Source: Vitrella brassicaformis CCMP3155 (Eukaryota; Protista; Chromerida). Taken from it: a stretch of DNA of 64,000 bases. Positions 34,990 to 48,324 of this stretch are shown in pieces (the stretch's first letter is position 1; each line of letters opens with the position of its first letter). The notes under the pieces are model-generated. The model had not been told where the DNA came from. It was given only the letters and a program-made list of their open reading frames with translations, and searched no databases. The stretch lies in the NCBI GenBank assembly GCA_001179505.1, contig CDMY01000436.1:310001-374000 (forward strand), given 5' to 3'. Both the position numbers and the translations under genes were made by a program.

Positions 34990-37773
34990 ATGCGGTCACG
35001 GCAAAACATCGCAGTACTGACGCACTCTGACAGACAGACAGACAGACAGACAGACGGAGGCAGGCAGGGAGGGAGGCGCGTGTCCACTTACTTTCTCACC
35101 CACCGCATACATATGGCATTCATTCTGTCGATCCGTTCGTTTGTTTGTTTGTCAGTCTTTAGTGAGTTCGGTCTTCTCGTTCGGCAAGATCCTGGAGCTG
35201 GTGCCGCTGGTCATCAAGATGCTCGACAGCAAACAACGCCCCTCGCCACTGCCAGGCATACTCAGCAGCGCAATGGTAGGTACCACACACACAACACAAC
35301 ACAAGAAACACACCACTCTCTCCCTCCCTCTCTCTCTCTCTGTGGCTCATGACTTCATTCAATTGTCCGTCCATCCATCCCTTCGTTCAGGCGGCCCACT
35401 GCTGGTGTGCCTGGATGGTGTCTGCCCCCTACCTGTCCCTCCTCGTGCTGCTCAATCTCATCACCCTCACCCTCTCCTACTTCTTCAACTTCGGCGTCAT
35501 ATTCGCCAGCAGAAAGCACTGCAGCAAGAGGGCTCAAGCGGCACCAAGCCAGACGGGCGGTGTTGGTGTTGGTATGGGCCAGTGGCTGGGCAGGTGGCGG
35601 TGGGTGGTCGCACTGGGGCAGCTCATCCAGGTGGGTAGGTGGGGTGGGTGAGGAGGCAGGCAGGCAGGCAGGTCAGCGTCTCTGTTAGTTAGATGGTCGT
35701 TGGATTTGTGGTGTCTGTCTGTCTGTCTGTCTGTCGGTTCCTTCCTTCCTTGCTTGCTGTAGGCGTTGGTGTGTCTGGGTGTGTGCCTTCGCGAGTGGGG
35801 TGCGGCAGCGGGCAACAGCGACGGGCTCGCCTTGAACGCATTCGAGTAACCAACAAACACAAGCCTCTGCGACTTGACTGACTGAATGATTGATTCATCG
35901 GGTGCCTGTCTGTATGGCTGTGTGTCTGTCTGTCTGCCTGTCTGTGGGTCTGTTTGGATGTGCGTGTTGATTGGTGCGCTACGCCCAGGGGCGTGTTGCT
36001 GTATGCCTTCGCGTCGTGCACTCTGAGCGTGGCCATCATCGACGAGCACACACAGGTCAGTCGGGTTGCTCAAACAGACTACCACGTCCCTCCCGTCCAC
36101 AGACAGACATGTGGTTGATGCGTTTTGATGTCTTGTGTTGTGTTGCTGACAGGGCTACCGTGGAGGCATGTGTGTGTTCCTCTTCGTGGCACACGTGCTG
36201 GCCGTGGTCGGGCTGTACAGCCTCGCCACACACACCAAGCGAGCCGCGCTGTTCGCGGACGTGAGCTGCCGCACGCACCGACTATCATCCGCCACCTGTG
36301 TGATTGTTCGTTCCTGGTGTCTGTCCATCGGTCAGCTGGTGCTGTGGTGGTTCGTGTCTGAGCTGGGCATCACCGCAGGAGCACACAGGCGAGCACCACA
36401 CACACACACACACACACATATACACATACACACACACATACAGACACACACAACACACACGTGTGTTGCGAGAGACAGGTGATGTGGGTGTGTGGGTATG
36501 TGCAGGTTGTGGGCTCATCGCAGCTACGAGGCGTCATGGGAGGCCCGGCTGGTGCTGCTTGTGTGGAACTGCATCGCCAACCAGGGCAGCATCTACCACT
36601 GGGTGGGCGGGCGATGGATGGGATGCAGTACACGCCCACAGCACAATCATGCCCTATCTATCGGTTGGTTGGTCGTCAGGCCCGAGATCACCGTGTGCAT
36701 CATCGGTACTCGGAGACCGACAAGGACCCCCACAACGCCAAGAGAGGATTCTGGTCAGCCAGCCAAGCCATACACACAAGCCGTGCCGGGGCGTATGTGT
36801 GTAATTGTGTCTATATGTGTGTGTTTCTGGGCGGTCGGTATGTATGGTGTCTGTCTGTCTGTCTTACAGGTATGCCCACATGGGTTGGCTGTTGCTCGAG
36901 AAGCCGGCGGCCGTCAAGGAGGCCGGCCGTCAGGTGGACTGCAGCGACCTCTTGGCCGATCCCTTGGTGCGCTTCCAGAAGAGCTACGCATGGATCAACC
37001 AACTCATGTGCTTCGGTGTGTACGCCACGCCAGACACAACGGCACGGCACAGCGAGACAGGGATGCATGTGATGTGATGTGCAGAGGTATGTCTGTATGT
37101 CTCTGTGTGTGTGTGTGTGCATGGTAAGGTCTGCCGGTGCTGTGGGCCTACTGGCGGTATGGCAATGGGTGGACTGGCTTCGTGGTGCTCGGCGCGCTGA
37201 GGTGGATCCTCGTCCTGCACTGCACTTGGTCGGTAACGACCCGCACGCACAAACCTCCACACCCACCCCTTCACACGTCTGTCTGTCTGTTCGCGATGAG
37301 CAGGTTGGTCAACTCCGCCGCCCATCTGTGGGGCTCTCACCCGTACAGCGCTTCCATCAATCCGGCCGAGAACACCGCAGTGGCGGTGCTGTCGTCGGGC
37401 GAGGGCTGGCACAACTGGCACCACACATACCCGTTCGACTATGCTTGCAGGTGCGCACCGGGATGGATGGATGGATGTGCAGGGAGAGAAGTGTGTGTGT
37501 GTGTTTGTGTTTGTGTGTGGATGGATGGATGGATGGATGGCTGGTTGTCAGTGAGTACGGTGTGGGCCGTCAGTGGAACCCCACAAAGCTTGTCATCGAC
37601 ACCATGGCGGTGCTCGGATGGGTACCCTACCCTACACACACACAGACGTCCACAGACGTACACTGCTATGTATCTGTGTGTGTGCTATGGTATGTGTGGT
37701 GCAGGTGAAGGGCCGCCGGCGTGCCACGAAGTTTTGGCACCAGGCGCAGGTAGCAAAGGCCAGGCGGCGGTAG
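34990..37773 (+). CDS. SCD: Delta-9 acyl-CoA (stearoyl-CoA) desaturase with an extended hydrophobic N-terminus
   Basis: Three His boxes: GITAGAHR|LWAHRSY, ARDHRVHHRYSETDKDPH and GEGWHNWHH. Also YAHMGWLL, LVNSAAHLWG and WNPTKLVID. The upstream exons splice in frame, but the 5' ATG is less certain. Confidence 0.92.
36389..36505 (+). other. Non-canonical GC-AG intron splitting the first His box of the desaturase
   Basis: CAC AG|gcgagc...gtgcag|G TTG TGG GCT CAT. Only this GC donor restores HRLWAH in frame. Confidence 0.8.
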
Positions 37774-38019
37774 CAGGCAGACAGACAGACAGGCAGCCAG
37801 GCAGCCAGGCAGGCAGGTTGCCACGTCCCAATGAACGAACGAACGTATGCATCTGTAGCTATCTATGTGTCTTTTGTCTCTTTTTATGTATTGTATACGA
37901 ACGTGTAAGTCGTCGTCAGTGAGTGAGGAGGGAGTGAGGAGAGCGGGCCTGCCTGTTTAGGGCGTTTTGCGATTTTGACGGTCTTGTCTGTCTTTTGTCG
38001 GGGGTTGGGGGGGTTGGGG

Positions 38020-38319
38020 NNNNNNNNNNNNNNNNNNNNNNNNNNNNNNNNNNNNNNNNNNNNNNNNNNNNNNNNNNNNNNNNNNNNNNNNNNNNNNNNN
38101 NNNNNNNNNNNNNNNNNNNNNNNNNNNNNNNNNNNNNNNNNNNNNNNNNNNNNNNNNNNNNNNNNNNNNNNNNNNNNNNNNNNNNNNNNNNNNNNNNNNN
38201 NNNNNNNNNNNNNNNNNNNNNNNNNNNNNNNNNNNNNNNNNNNNNNNNNNNNNNNNNNNNNNNNNNNNNNNNNNNNNNNNNNNNNNNNNNNNNNNNNNNN
38301 NNNNNNNNNNNNNNNNNNN
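38020..38319. other. Assembly gap (300 N)
   Basis: Run of N flanked by G-tracts on both sides. Confidence 1.
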
Positions 38320-38329
38320 GGGGGAGGGG

Positions 38330-41000
38330 GGGGCTGAGTTGGATGTACATACATATGTAATAGCACCGTTGATTGGTTTTGCCTGCCTGCCTCATTGATT
38401 GATTGCATTGATTGCCACATCACTGTGCGCATATTTATCGTCCATCATGGTTTTTCTTCGGGGTGACTGGATAGATGGATGGATGGATGGATAGGTACTC
38501 GTGTGCATGCATGTGTGTGTCTGTGCGTGTCTGTCTGTCTGTTGATCGCATCGACCAAGTCGATCGATGTCAAACATGTTATGTGTGTGCTTTGTGTGTG
38601 AGAGTGATGCGTGCATCGATTGGATGAGGGACAGACGCTTTATAGGACTCTCGGACTCTCTCTACAACTCTTTTTGACTGCATGCTGCGAATTTGCCAAA
38701 GCCCGACACACCGAGATGCCGACCCACGTGTGTGTGTGTGTGTGTGTGTGGTGTGAATGTGTGTGGTGTTGGGGAAAGACGCACGTGTGCCCACAGACGG
38801 TTATTGTCCATGTGCGTCTATTGTCAGACAGACAGACAGACAGTCATGAGCCATGAGTCGTGCACGTTTGACCTAAATGACCAAACCGCGTGGCGTGACG
38901 GACGGATAATAATGTAACGACTGACTGCACACACATCACATCAATCACATCAATCACATGAACCAACCAACCAGCGACACCAACACAGCAACAACGACAC
39001 GGCCACACATACACGCATGGCATGGCATGGCATGGCATGGAGGGATCCATCTCATTCATTCAAACATGCATTCAGCTAGTGATGCACGCACACAGAGCAC
39101 ACGGACTATGTCACCTCACACACAAAGGAAGCGAAGCAAGTGGGCTGGGCGGGCGACAGGGAGGGAGGGGGACGGGGACGGCGTGGAGGGAGGGAGGGAG
39201 GGAGGGAGCGGGAGATTCGTATGGACGCCCTTATGGACACACACACACACAGACACTCTCACACTCTCACACACCCCACGCCAGCACACGCACCGCACGA
39301 GGACGGACGTTTCTATCGCTGTACAGCCAGGACAGGACACACCAGACAAGAAATGTGGGCGGGCAGGGCAGGGCGGGGCGGCAGTGAGGGAGGCAGGCAG
39401 GCATGCAGGCAGATCAAGAGAGGAGAGAGGGGTGGTACTATCGACACAGACAGACAGACAGGCAGAGAGGAGAGGAGACAGGCAGAAAGTGCTGGAGGGG
39501 AGGGGAGGGATGAGATATGGATGGTTTGTCTGACGGATGGATAAATAGACTTCACACACACCGATGCGATAGATGACGCATATGCAAACTCTGTCTAAAG
39601 CACACGGACACTCAGGCGCACGCACCCTTTCATGCTATCTGTATATGGCACACCCAAAGGGAGAGGGAGAGGGAGAGGAGAGAGGGAGACCTTAGAAACA
39701 AAGGCAGGCATGGAATGGCATGGAATGGAGAATGGATGGATGGATGGACCCATGTCATGTATCACAGCAGCAGAAACACAGACAGACGGACAGACAGACA
39801 GACACTCTATGTGGTGATGCATGGGTACTTATCTATGTGTGTCTAGATCAATCAATCAATCTCAACGCAAACAACAATAGGATAGATAGGCGGTTGACGG
39901 CCACATACCCACACACACACACACACAGACATCATAAAAACAAGCGCCGGCCGCCCCCTAATAATATGGGCTGACCAACTGACTGACTGACTGATATCAT
40001 AATCATGTTCGTTCAGCAAAACAACCAGCCCTTCCCCCCACTCCCCACTCCCCACCGCCCGCCCGCCCGTCTGCCTGCCTGCCCGGCCGTCTCTCTTTGT
40101 GGTGATATCTCTCTCTCCGTGTGTGTGTCTGTCTGTCGTTGTCACGACAAGACGACAGTACTAGGGAGGGAGGGAGGGAGGGAGGAAGAGGTAGATGTGT
40201 GGATGCGTTCACATCCCGGAGGTGGACACCGATGACTGACGGCAGACAGAGAGAGACGCGAGCCAGCACACAGGTTCGTCATTCTTCACATGAGAGACAG
40301 AGAGGGAGAAAGAGAGAGACTGGCTGCCCAGCCATTGGGTCAAGGAGGAAAAGCAGAGAAAATCAAATAGGGAAACATGAAAACATGGACCCAGGCAGTG
40401 ACTGAGTGAATGGAGAGAGAGAGAGAGAGGCAAGAAACAAGGAATCCTCCATCCATCCATCCGTCCATCGTTCAGCCAAGCCAGGCCATATGGGCGAGCC
40501 AGTCGAGTCGGTCGAGCTGTCCCAGGGGATAAATATAGACAGACAGACAGACGGATTCACACGCGCGCGCAAGTACACGCACATACGATACACATCCACA
40601 CACACACACACACACAGACACGCTTACGCAGCACTTATTTGGTAGCAGGAGCAGCAGCCACGGAAAAAGAGCAGCAATACAATTATCAGCAGCCGGATCC
40701 ATCCGAGTGTGGGTGTGAGTGTCTATGCTATGCCGGCCATCAGTCAGGCTGACGCGCAAGGCCCAAAACTAGAAACACCTACCTAGCCACACGCCCCCCT
40801 CCCCTCCCCCCCCACCCACCCCTCACCCAACACACACACACAGCGCCCCTTTGCACACACCGCACACACGCAGACACCAACCAACCAACCAACACACAAG
40901 AGAAACCTCCGGCCCGGCCGGCCGGAGTCCATCAAAACCCACAAGCCGCGCCCCCTTTCGCTCGCCAAGTGGGTGTGATGAGATGAGATGAGATGAGATG
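38330..41000. repeat. Microsatellite-rich intergenic region between the convergent desaturase and GH3 genes
   Basis: Dense (GATG)n, (GT)n, (CAGA)n, (GCATG)n, (GAGG)n and (GAGAT)n tracts. No coding-like ORFs. Confidence 0.85.
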
Positions 41001-41032
41001 AGATGAGGTGAGGTGAGACAAGAGGAGATCGA

Positions 41033-44000
41033 TCAATCGAGCACCGACCACAGGTTGGTCCTCCTGCCGAGGTTGCAGTCTGGCGACCCCCAAGTGTACT
41101 CGCCCTCTTTGGGGTCTTTGCAGGGATTGTGGCACACGTTGCGCTCAACCACGTCCAGTATCGGGAGGTCCTTCTCTGGATGCTTGTCCTTGTATGTCAG
41201 CCCGTAGCCGTAGGGGAATAGCGGCCGCTGCCCGTCCCCCTTGTGGATGTTGAACTGGCAGGGGTGCGCCGGCCAGGACATCGACAGCTTGCCTGTGAAA
41301 TCGACTTCGCCGAACAGGAGGTCCGTGAGGCCCGGCCCGGCCTGTTTGCAGGGGAGCCACGCCTCGATGAAGGCGTCTGAGAGGTTGATTTCCGCGTTGA
41401 TGTACAGCGGGCGGCCTGAGTAGAAGATGGTGATGACTGGGGTGGTGGGGGCGTAGTCCCGGGCCTTCTTGAGGCGCACAAAGTCCTCCGGGTACGTGTG
41501 CTTGCCGAACTTGGACCTACGCCACACACAGCACAGAGAGAGAGAGAGAGAGATGGATGCATCTCATCTTTGTCTGTCTGCAGTGCACAGCTCCCCTTAC
41601 CAGTTTCTATGGTGCATGAGGCTCTCGCCATCGTCATAGTCGCCCTCGACCTCGGCGTAAGGGTCCTCCGCCATGACGTGAATGACCACGTCGTACTTGT
41701 TGGTTCGCAAGTCCTGTCCCTCCTCGTCGTCGACGACTGTGTAGTTGTGGAGCTTGGCGTGCTCCTGCAGCGACGTCAGCAGACTGATGGCGTGTTTGTT
41801 CGACGTGTCGTTGAAAGTGTCGTCGTTATCTACACACACATACAGAGAGAGAGAGACATATATAATGGGTACGTCAGTCAGTCTGTCAGTCAGTCAGTCT
41901 GTCTGTCTGTCGTCCTTACACAGTCCCTGCCAGCTGAGCGTCCACCCGCCGCACGCGAGGTAGCTCCACCTGGCCTTGCCCATGACCAGCACTCGCATGC
42001 CCTCCTTCGCCTTCAACGGCAGTACGCCACCATTGTTCTGTTTGGTTGCCGCAAGACACACACAAGACACACACACAGAGACAGACACGAATGACTCTCT
42101 CCTCCCTCCCTGCCACCTTGTGTGCCTCTCTCGTCGTCACCTACCTTCAGAAGGACAGCCGACTTCTGGACGGCTTCTCTCGCGACGGCGGTGTGTTCGG
42201 GGTTGCCGATGGTGGTGAGGTTGACGTTTCCTATCCTGTCCATTGCCTTGACGTTGGGGCCGATCATCCCCAGCCTCGCCTTGAGCCGCAGCACCCGCCG
42301 TGCAGCGTCGTCGAGGCGCGCCTGCGTCACGGTGCCGTTCTTGACGGCTGCAATGGTGTTCTTGATGAAAATGGTGAAGTGCTCCCCGCCAGACGTCGAT
42401 ATCAGAAACATATCGATCTGGTATGTACGATAGATAGATAGATAGGATGGATACCATTCACTCACACAGTTGTGTTGTGTGTGTTGAAATGCTTTCTTTT
42501 GCTGTGCGCTGCACTGCACTGCTGCCCTCACTGACTGACCCCTGCGTTGATTCCTTGTGAGCAGGAGACTGATGTGCATGACGGAATGTGCGAGTGTGCG
42601 TTCCAGTCGCCCATGATGACGCCGTCGAAGCCGTAGTGGCCCTTGAGGATCTCGGACAGGTAGTGCTTGTGCTGGTGCATCTCAATGCCGTTGACGTCGT
42701 TGAAGGACGGCATCGTGCTCATCATCTCTGCACCCCCGCACACACATTACATACACACACGCCGATCCTCCCATGTGTTGTGGTGTGTTGGGGGCGGGGC
42801 GTACTGGCTCTGAGGCACCCAATGAATGGCGCGTTGTGGTCCCGGATGAGCTCCTCCTCCCCCATCTCAGCGTCGCCATCCACCACACCGCCGAGGGTGG
42901 CACCATCGCCGAGGAAATGCTTGCACATGGCAGCCACGCCGGTGCCATTGGCCATGCTCTCTTGCAGACCGTTGACATACGCCTACACACATGGATGCAT
43001 CGATTGGATGGGGGCGATGCGTGGAAGCAGTCCGTCCCGTGTGTGTGCTTATATGTGCCCATAGTGGTACGTGTGTCAATTTAATTAATTACCTCGACGA
43101 GTGCGGCCGTGACGGTGCCGTTTTCTGAGAAGCTCTCGTATGTCCTGCCCCATCGGTAGTCGGCGGGCACTGCGGTCATGGGGGCCAGCGTCCACTCGAC
43201 GCCCACCGCGCTCATCTCCAACGCAGTCACGCGACCTGGTGTGTTGGGTGGCCAATTATACATAAACCGCATTATATTGAGCTTGCTTTTCTCCTCCTTC
43301 TCTGTCTGTCTGTCTGTGTGAGTGCTGACCGATTCTTCTCATGAGGTCGGGATCGTTGGCGCATCCGAGTCCGATGTTGTGTGGAAACATGGTGGCCTCG
43401 GGGATGGTGCCCAGCCCGTGGACCGCATCCACCGCCGTGATGGACGGAATGCCCAGCCGCTTACCCTTGTTGGTCTTCATCGAATTCATGTAGTACTAAG
43501 GCACACAGACAGACGGGGAAAGGCAGAGACAGACAGACAGACAGACGAACATCTCTCCCTTGTTGTGTGTGGCTGTCCATCCATCCCCCGCACTTGACTC
43601 ACTTGTCTCTTTGTCTTGAGGAAGAAGTCCGGCGTCTCGTGCATGGGCGGCCACAGAACGTTGACGTTGTACTTGATGAGCGACCGGGGCCCCTCGTTGA
43701 AGGCGTCGTTGCTGATGACCATCTGACACACCTTCTCAAGGTTGCCCATCTTGGCCAGCAGACCGTCGATGTAATCCTCCATCGGCGCGCTCAGCTTCAG
43801 TGCCGTCGCTACCGGACCGGTGGCTTTTGGCGGGTCCGGCCACAAATCACACGACCTGCAGACAGACAGAGAGAAAGAGAGAGACCAAGGCAGGCAATGT
43901 GCGAGCGGGCGGCAGATTGCGGCCGGCATTGATTGCCTGACAGATTTACTGACCGTGGCCCGCATAGCTGGGTCCAGGTGAGTCCGGTTGTCTGCTCGTC

Positions 44001-45055
44001 TTCGGTCTTGTGCAGAGTGCAGAGTAGCGTGCTGTAGTCGTAGCTAAATGCCTCGCAGTCGTCGTGCTGCTGGCAGAAGGTCTGGCACCGGAAGGGCGTG
44101 GCCACGTCGTCGAGGTGGCCGTCGCCCACGTCGATTGGCGTCGAGTAGTAGCCGCATCCGCGTGTGATGCACCCGCCGATGACCTCTTCGTCTCCTCCCC
44201 TCTTGGGGGGGCAGTACTTGGGTCCCGATGCGGCATAGATACTCCTGACTCTCTCTTCCTCCTTCCTGACATCGGTGTATTTGCCGGTGAGCAGGAAGCA
44301 TCCATGGTCGTAGGAGAAGGTGAACGACTCGCAGTCGTCCCACGCCCAGCACTTGATCTGGCACTGCCGCGCGGTGCTGATGCCCATCATGACGTTGCGG
44401 AAGGGCAGCTTGCCGCCCATCCCGTCGCCCACCTGCTCCGCCAGGGGGTAAAACACACCATGCTCGAAGCAGTCCACCTCTGCCGCTGCCTCGTCTGCTA
44501 CGTACAACACACACACATTCAATCAACAGCCAGTGCAGTGACTGCCTCTGTGTCTGTCTGCCGAAATGTTCGTTCGTCTGTCTGATCCTCGGCTGTGCTT
44601 GGCTTACACTCCTCGTCGTCGTAGCAGTTGGGAATCCCATCCCAGTCCTTGTCGCCGAGGTCATCGCACTCACAGTCGCCCGTGACGCGGACCGAAGCGA
44701 TCCTGTTGGTCTCGGGCAGCTTGGTGTTGCTGGCCTGGGTGTAGAGCGACGCTGACATGTCGGTCAGGTCGGCGTCCGTTTCGGGCCCCTTGGTCTGCAA
44801 CAGACACACCGTCGCGCCCTGTGTGCTGATGGCAAAGGTGGCCCTGGCGCAGAGGTAGTGCTGCTGGCATCGCGCCACGCACTCTGCGAGGGACTCAACG
44901 GCGGGTGTCCGATTGGGTTTCAGTGAGCTGCGATAGAAGCCGACGCTGATGCCGTCGGCAATGTGGCCGGACAGACAGGCCGGGGAGGCGGCGAGCGACA
45001 GGCGGGGGAGAAGCAGGAGGGGAGGCAAGACAAGCAAAGAGAGGGTGGTCCACAT
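41033..45055 (-). CDS. Secreted glycoside hydrolase family 3 (beta-glucosidase/exo-glucanase type) with three N-terminal PAN/apple-like Cys-rich domains
   Basis: Signal peptide MWTTLSLLVLPPLLLLPRLSLA. Three CxxxC...C modules: ECVARCQQHYLC, RQCQIKCWAWDDCESFTF and FRCQTFCQQHDDCEAFSY. GH3 motifs DAVHG, FPHNIGLG, RWGRTYES, CKHFLGDG, GVIMGDW (nucleophile Asp), AEDPYAE and PLFPYGYGL. Confidence 0.92.
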
Positions 45056-46689
45056 AATAGCGGTTGTCACTCGGTCAGGGCCCGGCCTCGGTGGTGTGCC
45101 GGCTGCCCTGGGAGGGTGGGTGCTGGCCTCGGGCAGCTCAGCTACAGATTATATATCTTCAGTGGTCTTCCACACCGTTCGCTAGTGGATCGACCGTTAC
45201 ACGCTGGATCCACCGCCCCAAGGCATGCGTGGCGGCATCAGGCACTGCGGGGGCGGACACACGGAGCAGCAGGCGCAATCTTGCGTGTTTGATCGCCACG
45301 AAAGGGGGAGAAGCTGGAACACCACCACCGGCCGGGATGGGATCCTCGGCCGCTGATGGATGGGATCTGAGGAGGGCTGTGTCTGTCTTCTGTGCTGCAG
45401 CGCGCATGGGCTGCCAAGGTGTCCACTAGTGAAGTTGAGACAAATATATATACGTGCTGGTTGTCTTGGGCTGGCTGCGTGTTTCTCTCGGGCTGGCTGT
45501 GTATCAGACCGCAGGAGCGAAGGGGTTACATCGTGTGACAACGATCCGTCGCGCTGTCACATCTGTCACCCCTCACCCCCGAAAGCATGACCCACAGACG
45601 CAAAAGGCCTTACACATGGGACGCACACTTACTTGCGTAGGCAGGAAAACCAGAGGCATGAAAACGCCCTTGACTGTTCTCTCCGTCAGAATACTGACGT
45701 CGCTTTCTCGTCGTATGTCTCTGTAGGGGTCTGCCTGTGAGGGTGTGTGCGATGCATCAATGCTTGGTGTCCGGCTGACCGGCGGACACCCAGCAGCATT
45801 GCATTGCCAGCACCCATGTCAGTAAACCCCCCGCGCAGACAACGATGGCGCTACTACAGGAGGAATCGGTCAGAGGATATATGGCGAAGGGGGAAAACAG
45901 AGCCATGTACTGTCTGTCTGTCTGTCTGTTCTCACACAAAGGGAAGGAGGAAGGATGGATGCAGCCAGCCAGCAGCATCGGTCATCTGGCATGGCAGAGA
46001 GCGGGAATGTAGTCAGTCAGTGAGTGAGTGAGCGAGTCGCGTCCGGTCCGCACGGCAGCGGACAGACAGACAGACAGACAGACGTACTTACTGCTCTCAG
46101 ATAGAGATGTGTGTATTGTATGTATACAGACACACGTACGTACGTACGTACGTATACATCAATACACCGATCATAGGTATACACACACAACAACACCAAG
46201 CATGGACGGACGGATGGATGGATCCACGCAGTCAGTTTGTTAGTTAAAGAGAGAGTGAGTAGATGATACAGGCAGGCAGGCAGGCAAGGAAGGAATGAAG
46301 GAAGGAGAGGTAGAAGCGGGGCCATGCACGAATGCAGCGAATTGAGTCAGTCAGTCAGTCTCTCTTTCCCTCTCCCGCAAAATCGACAATCGACATCTGT
46401 CGAGTCGTGCGTGTCGCGTCGTCCACACATACATAGGGCACTCGTGTGTGCCTGCGATGCGATGCCTGGCATACAAATATCTCATACACCACACCATTGC
46501 ATACATAACAAACACATCGACGAACGGCAAACACGCACGCACTCATCGACCGACCGACCGACCATGCACACACACACACTCACATCCGTACACAAGTACG
46601 TCCGTCCGCACGGACCTTGCTGGGTGGAAAGCAACAAAAAGCACGACGAAAACCATACACACATCACACTCACACACACATGCATTGCC

Positions 46690-47994
46690 TCACTCCATGC
46701 GCACGAGCCAATGCCAGGGCTTCCTCTTCATGGCCAGGTACTTGGACCGGTAGTTGAGCCACCAGGGGCCCCACTCTCCTGCAGCCGCGCACCCACACGA
46801 ACAGAGACCATCACGCCGTACCACAGTGAGTTTCTGTGCGCCTCACTGCACTGCCTCACTGACCGACGACGAATCCGAATGTCGAGTAGATCCACAGAAG
46901 CGTGGCCACGGTCCCCAGCAGGAAGGACCCAGGCAGCGGCCATGCGTACGACGCCACCAGCCACCGCACCAGCGGGATCAGCCGGTAGGCGTTGAACCAC
47001 ACAGTGGCGAAGAACATGGCCGACCGCCCGATGCCCAGCTTGGTGAGGCTCTCGAGCGCTATCTGCGCCGAGAAGACGAACACGTGCGGCGCCAGGATGC
47101 CCGCCAGCTTGTCTTGCGGCCCTTTGATGATCAGTGAGAGAGGGATGAGGACGGTGAAGAGCAGCTCGAATGGCGAGAGGGCGTAGAAGCGCTTGGCGAT
47201 GTGCGAGGGGATGGGGGGGAGGTGCTTGGTGGGGAGGAGCTTCTCGAAGGTGCGGCCGCCCGCCTGCAGCACGAAGTGGGAGCTGATGACGAACACCAGG
47301 TCCTCCACCGGTAGGTCCTGGCTCCACGATATCACACCTGGCACGCACCGACAGACAAAAGAGCAACCAACACTGTTGCTTCACCGTGGCGCTCTCGACT
47401 CAATGACTCAGTGACCAACCAACCGGCAAGGATATAGAAGAGGATGCCCAACGTGCCCATCCTCAGCTTGGCCTTGGTCTCCTGGTCCATGGGCGGCGCA
47501 TTCGGGAAGACGGTCGCTATGACCGACTTGCTCTTCTTGGTCCTGCACCTTTGCCGCCTCCTGAACTTGCCGCCTCCGCTAAAAATGCCCCCCCGCCGCT
47601 TCTTGTTGCCGCTGTTGGGGTTGTTCTTCCTCACCCCCCTCACCGACGGCAGCCCCCACTTGATCCGCATCCCCTTGCCCTTCAACCACCCCTTCTTGGC
47701 CTGCTTCGCCGACGCCGTTTTGTCCAAAATGAACGTCACCACGGCGTCCTTGGTCTTGGTCAGGCCCGACTTGCGAAGCGGCACGAAAGACGGCGGCCAG
47801 CTGGCCGATTTCGCCGGCATTTTCCGCGCCACCTGCGAGCGCTTCAGCGGCCAGACGGTTGCAGGGGAGGGGCGGGAAACCGCTGGGGTCGCCATGAGGG
47901 CGAGAAGCAGGAGGGCAGCGAGAAGGGTGAGTGCGGCAGAGATCATGAGTGGCTGGAGAGGCGATCTGGCCCTGGCAGGGCCACGCATCTGCAT
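46690..47994 (-). CDS. Multi-pass membrane protein with a bipartite (signal + basic transit) leader, probably plastid-targeted
   Basis: Hydrophobic signal LTLLAALLLLALMA, then about 130 aa rich in Lys/Arg/Ser and almost free of acidic residues. Then 4-5 hydrophobic helices (GILFYILAGWLV, LLFTVLIPLSLII, APHVFVFSAQIALE, LLGTVATLLWIYSTFGFVV). The last exon (EWGPWWLNY...RME*) is tentative. Confidence 0.65.
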
Positions 47995-48324
47995 GGCGGG
48001 ATCTTGCAGGGGGTGAGACGCTTGGCCGCTGCGGGATACTCGAGCAACCAATGTCTCCTCCGCCTTCAGAATAAACCTTCTCTGGTCACGTCGTCGTCGT
48101 GAGAGCTGCCGTGCTCCTCCAGAAGCCTTCAAATCCTCTCGTTGCGGTTGCAAGCTTGGAGCGTAGGCTCGCACCTTTTTTGGCCTTTCTCTTTCCTTCC
48201 CTTCCCTTTCCCCCGCCTCTCGACGGCCACCATCACCCAGGCGGTTTCGATTGTGCTGCCAAAACCCCCACGCAGAGCCGGTTTTGGCAGCACAACAACG
48301 AAGAGCAAGGGAAGGCGAGTCACC

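Noticed and set aside
37884-38432. ORFs spanning the N run
   Set aside because: Artefacts of translating the assembly gap.
45159-46330. Several 60-120 aa ORFs upstream of the GH3 gene
   Set aside because: No consistent exon chain or motif. This is more likely UTR or intergenic sequence.
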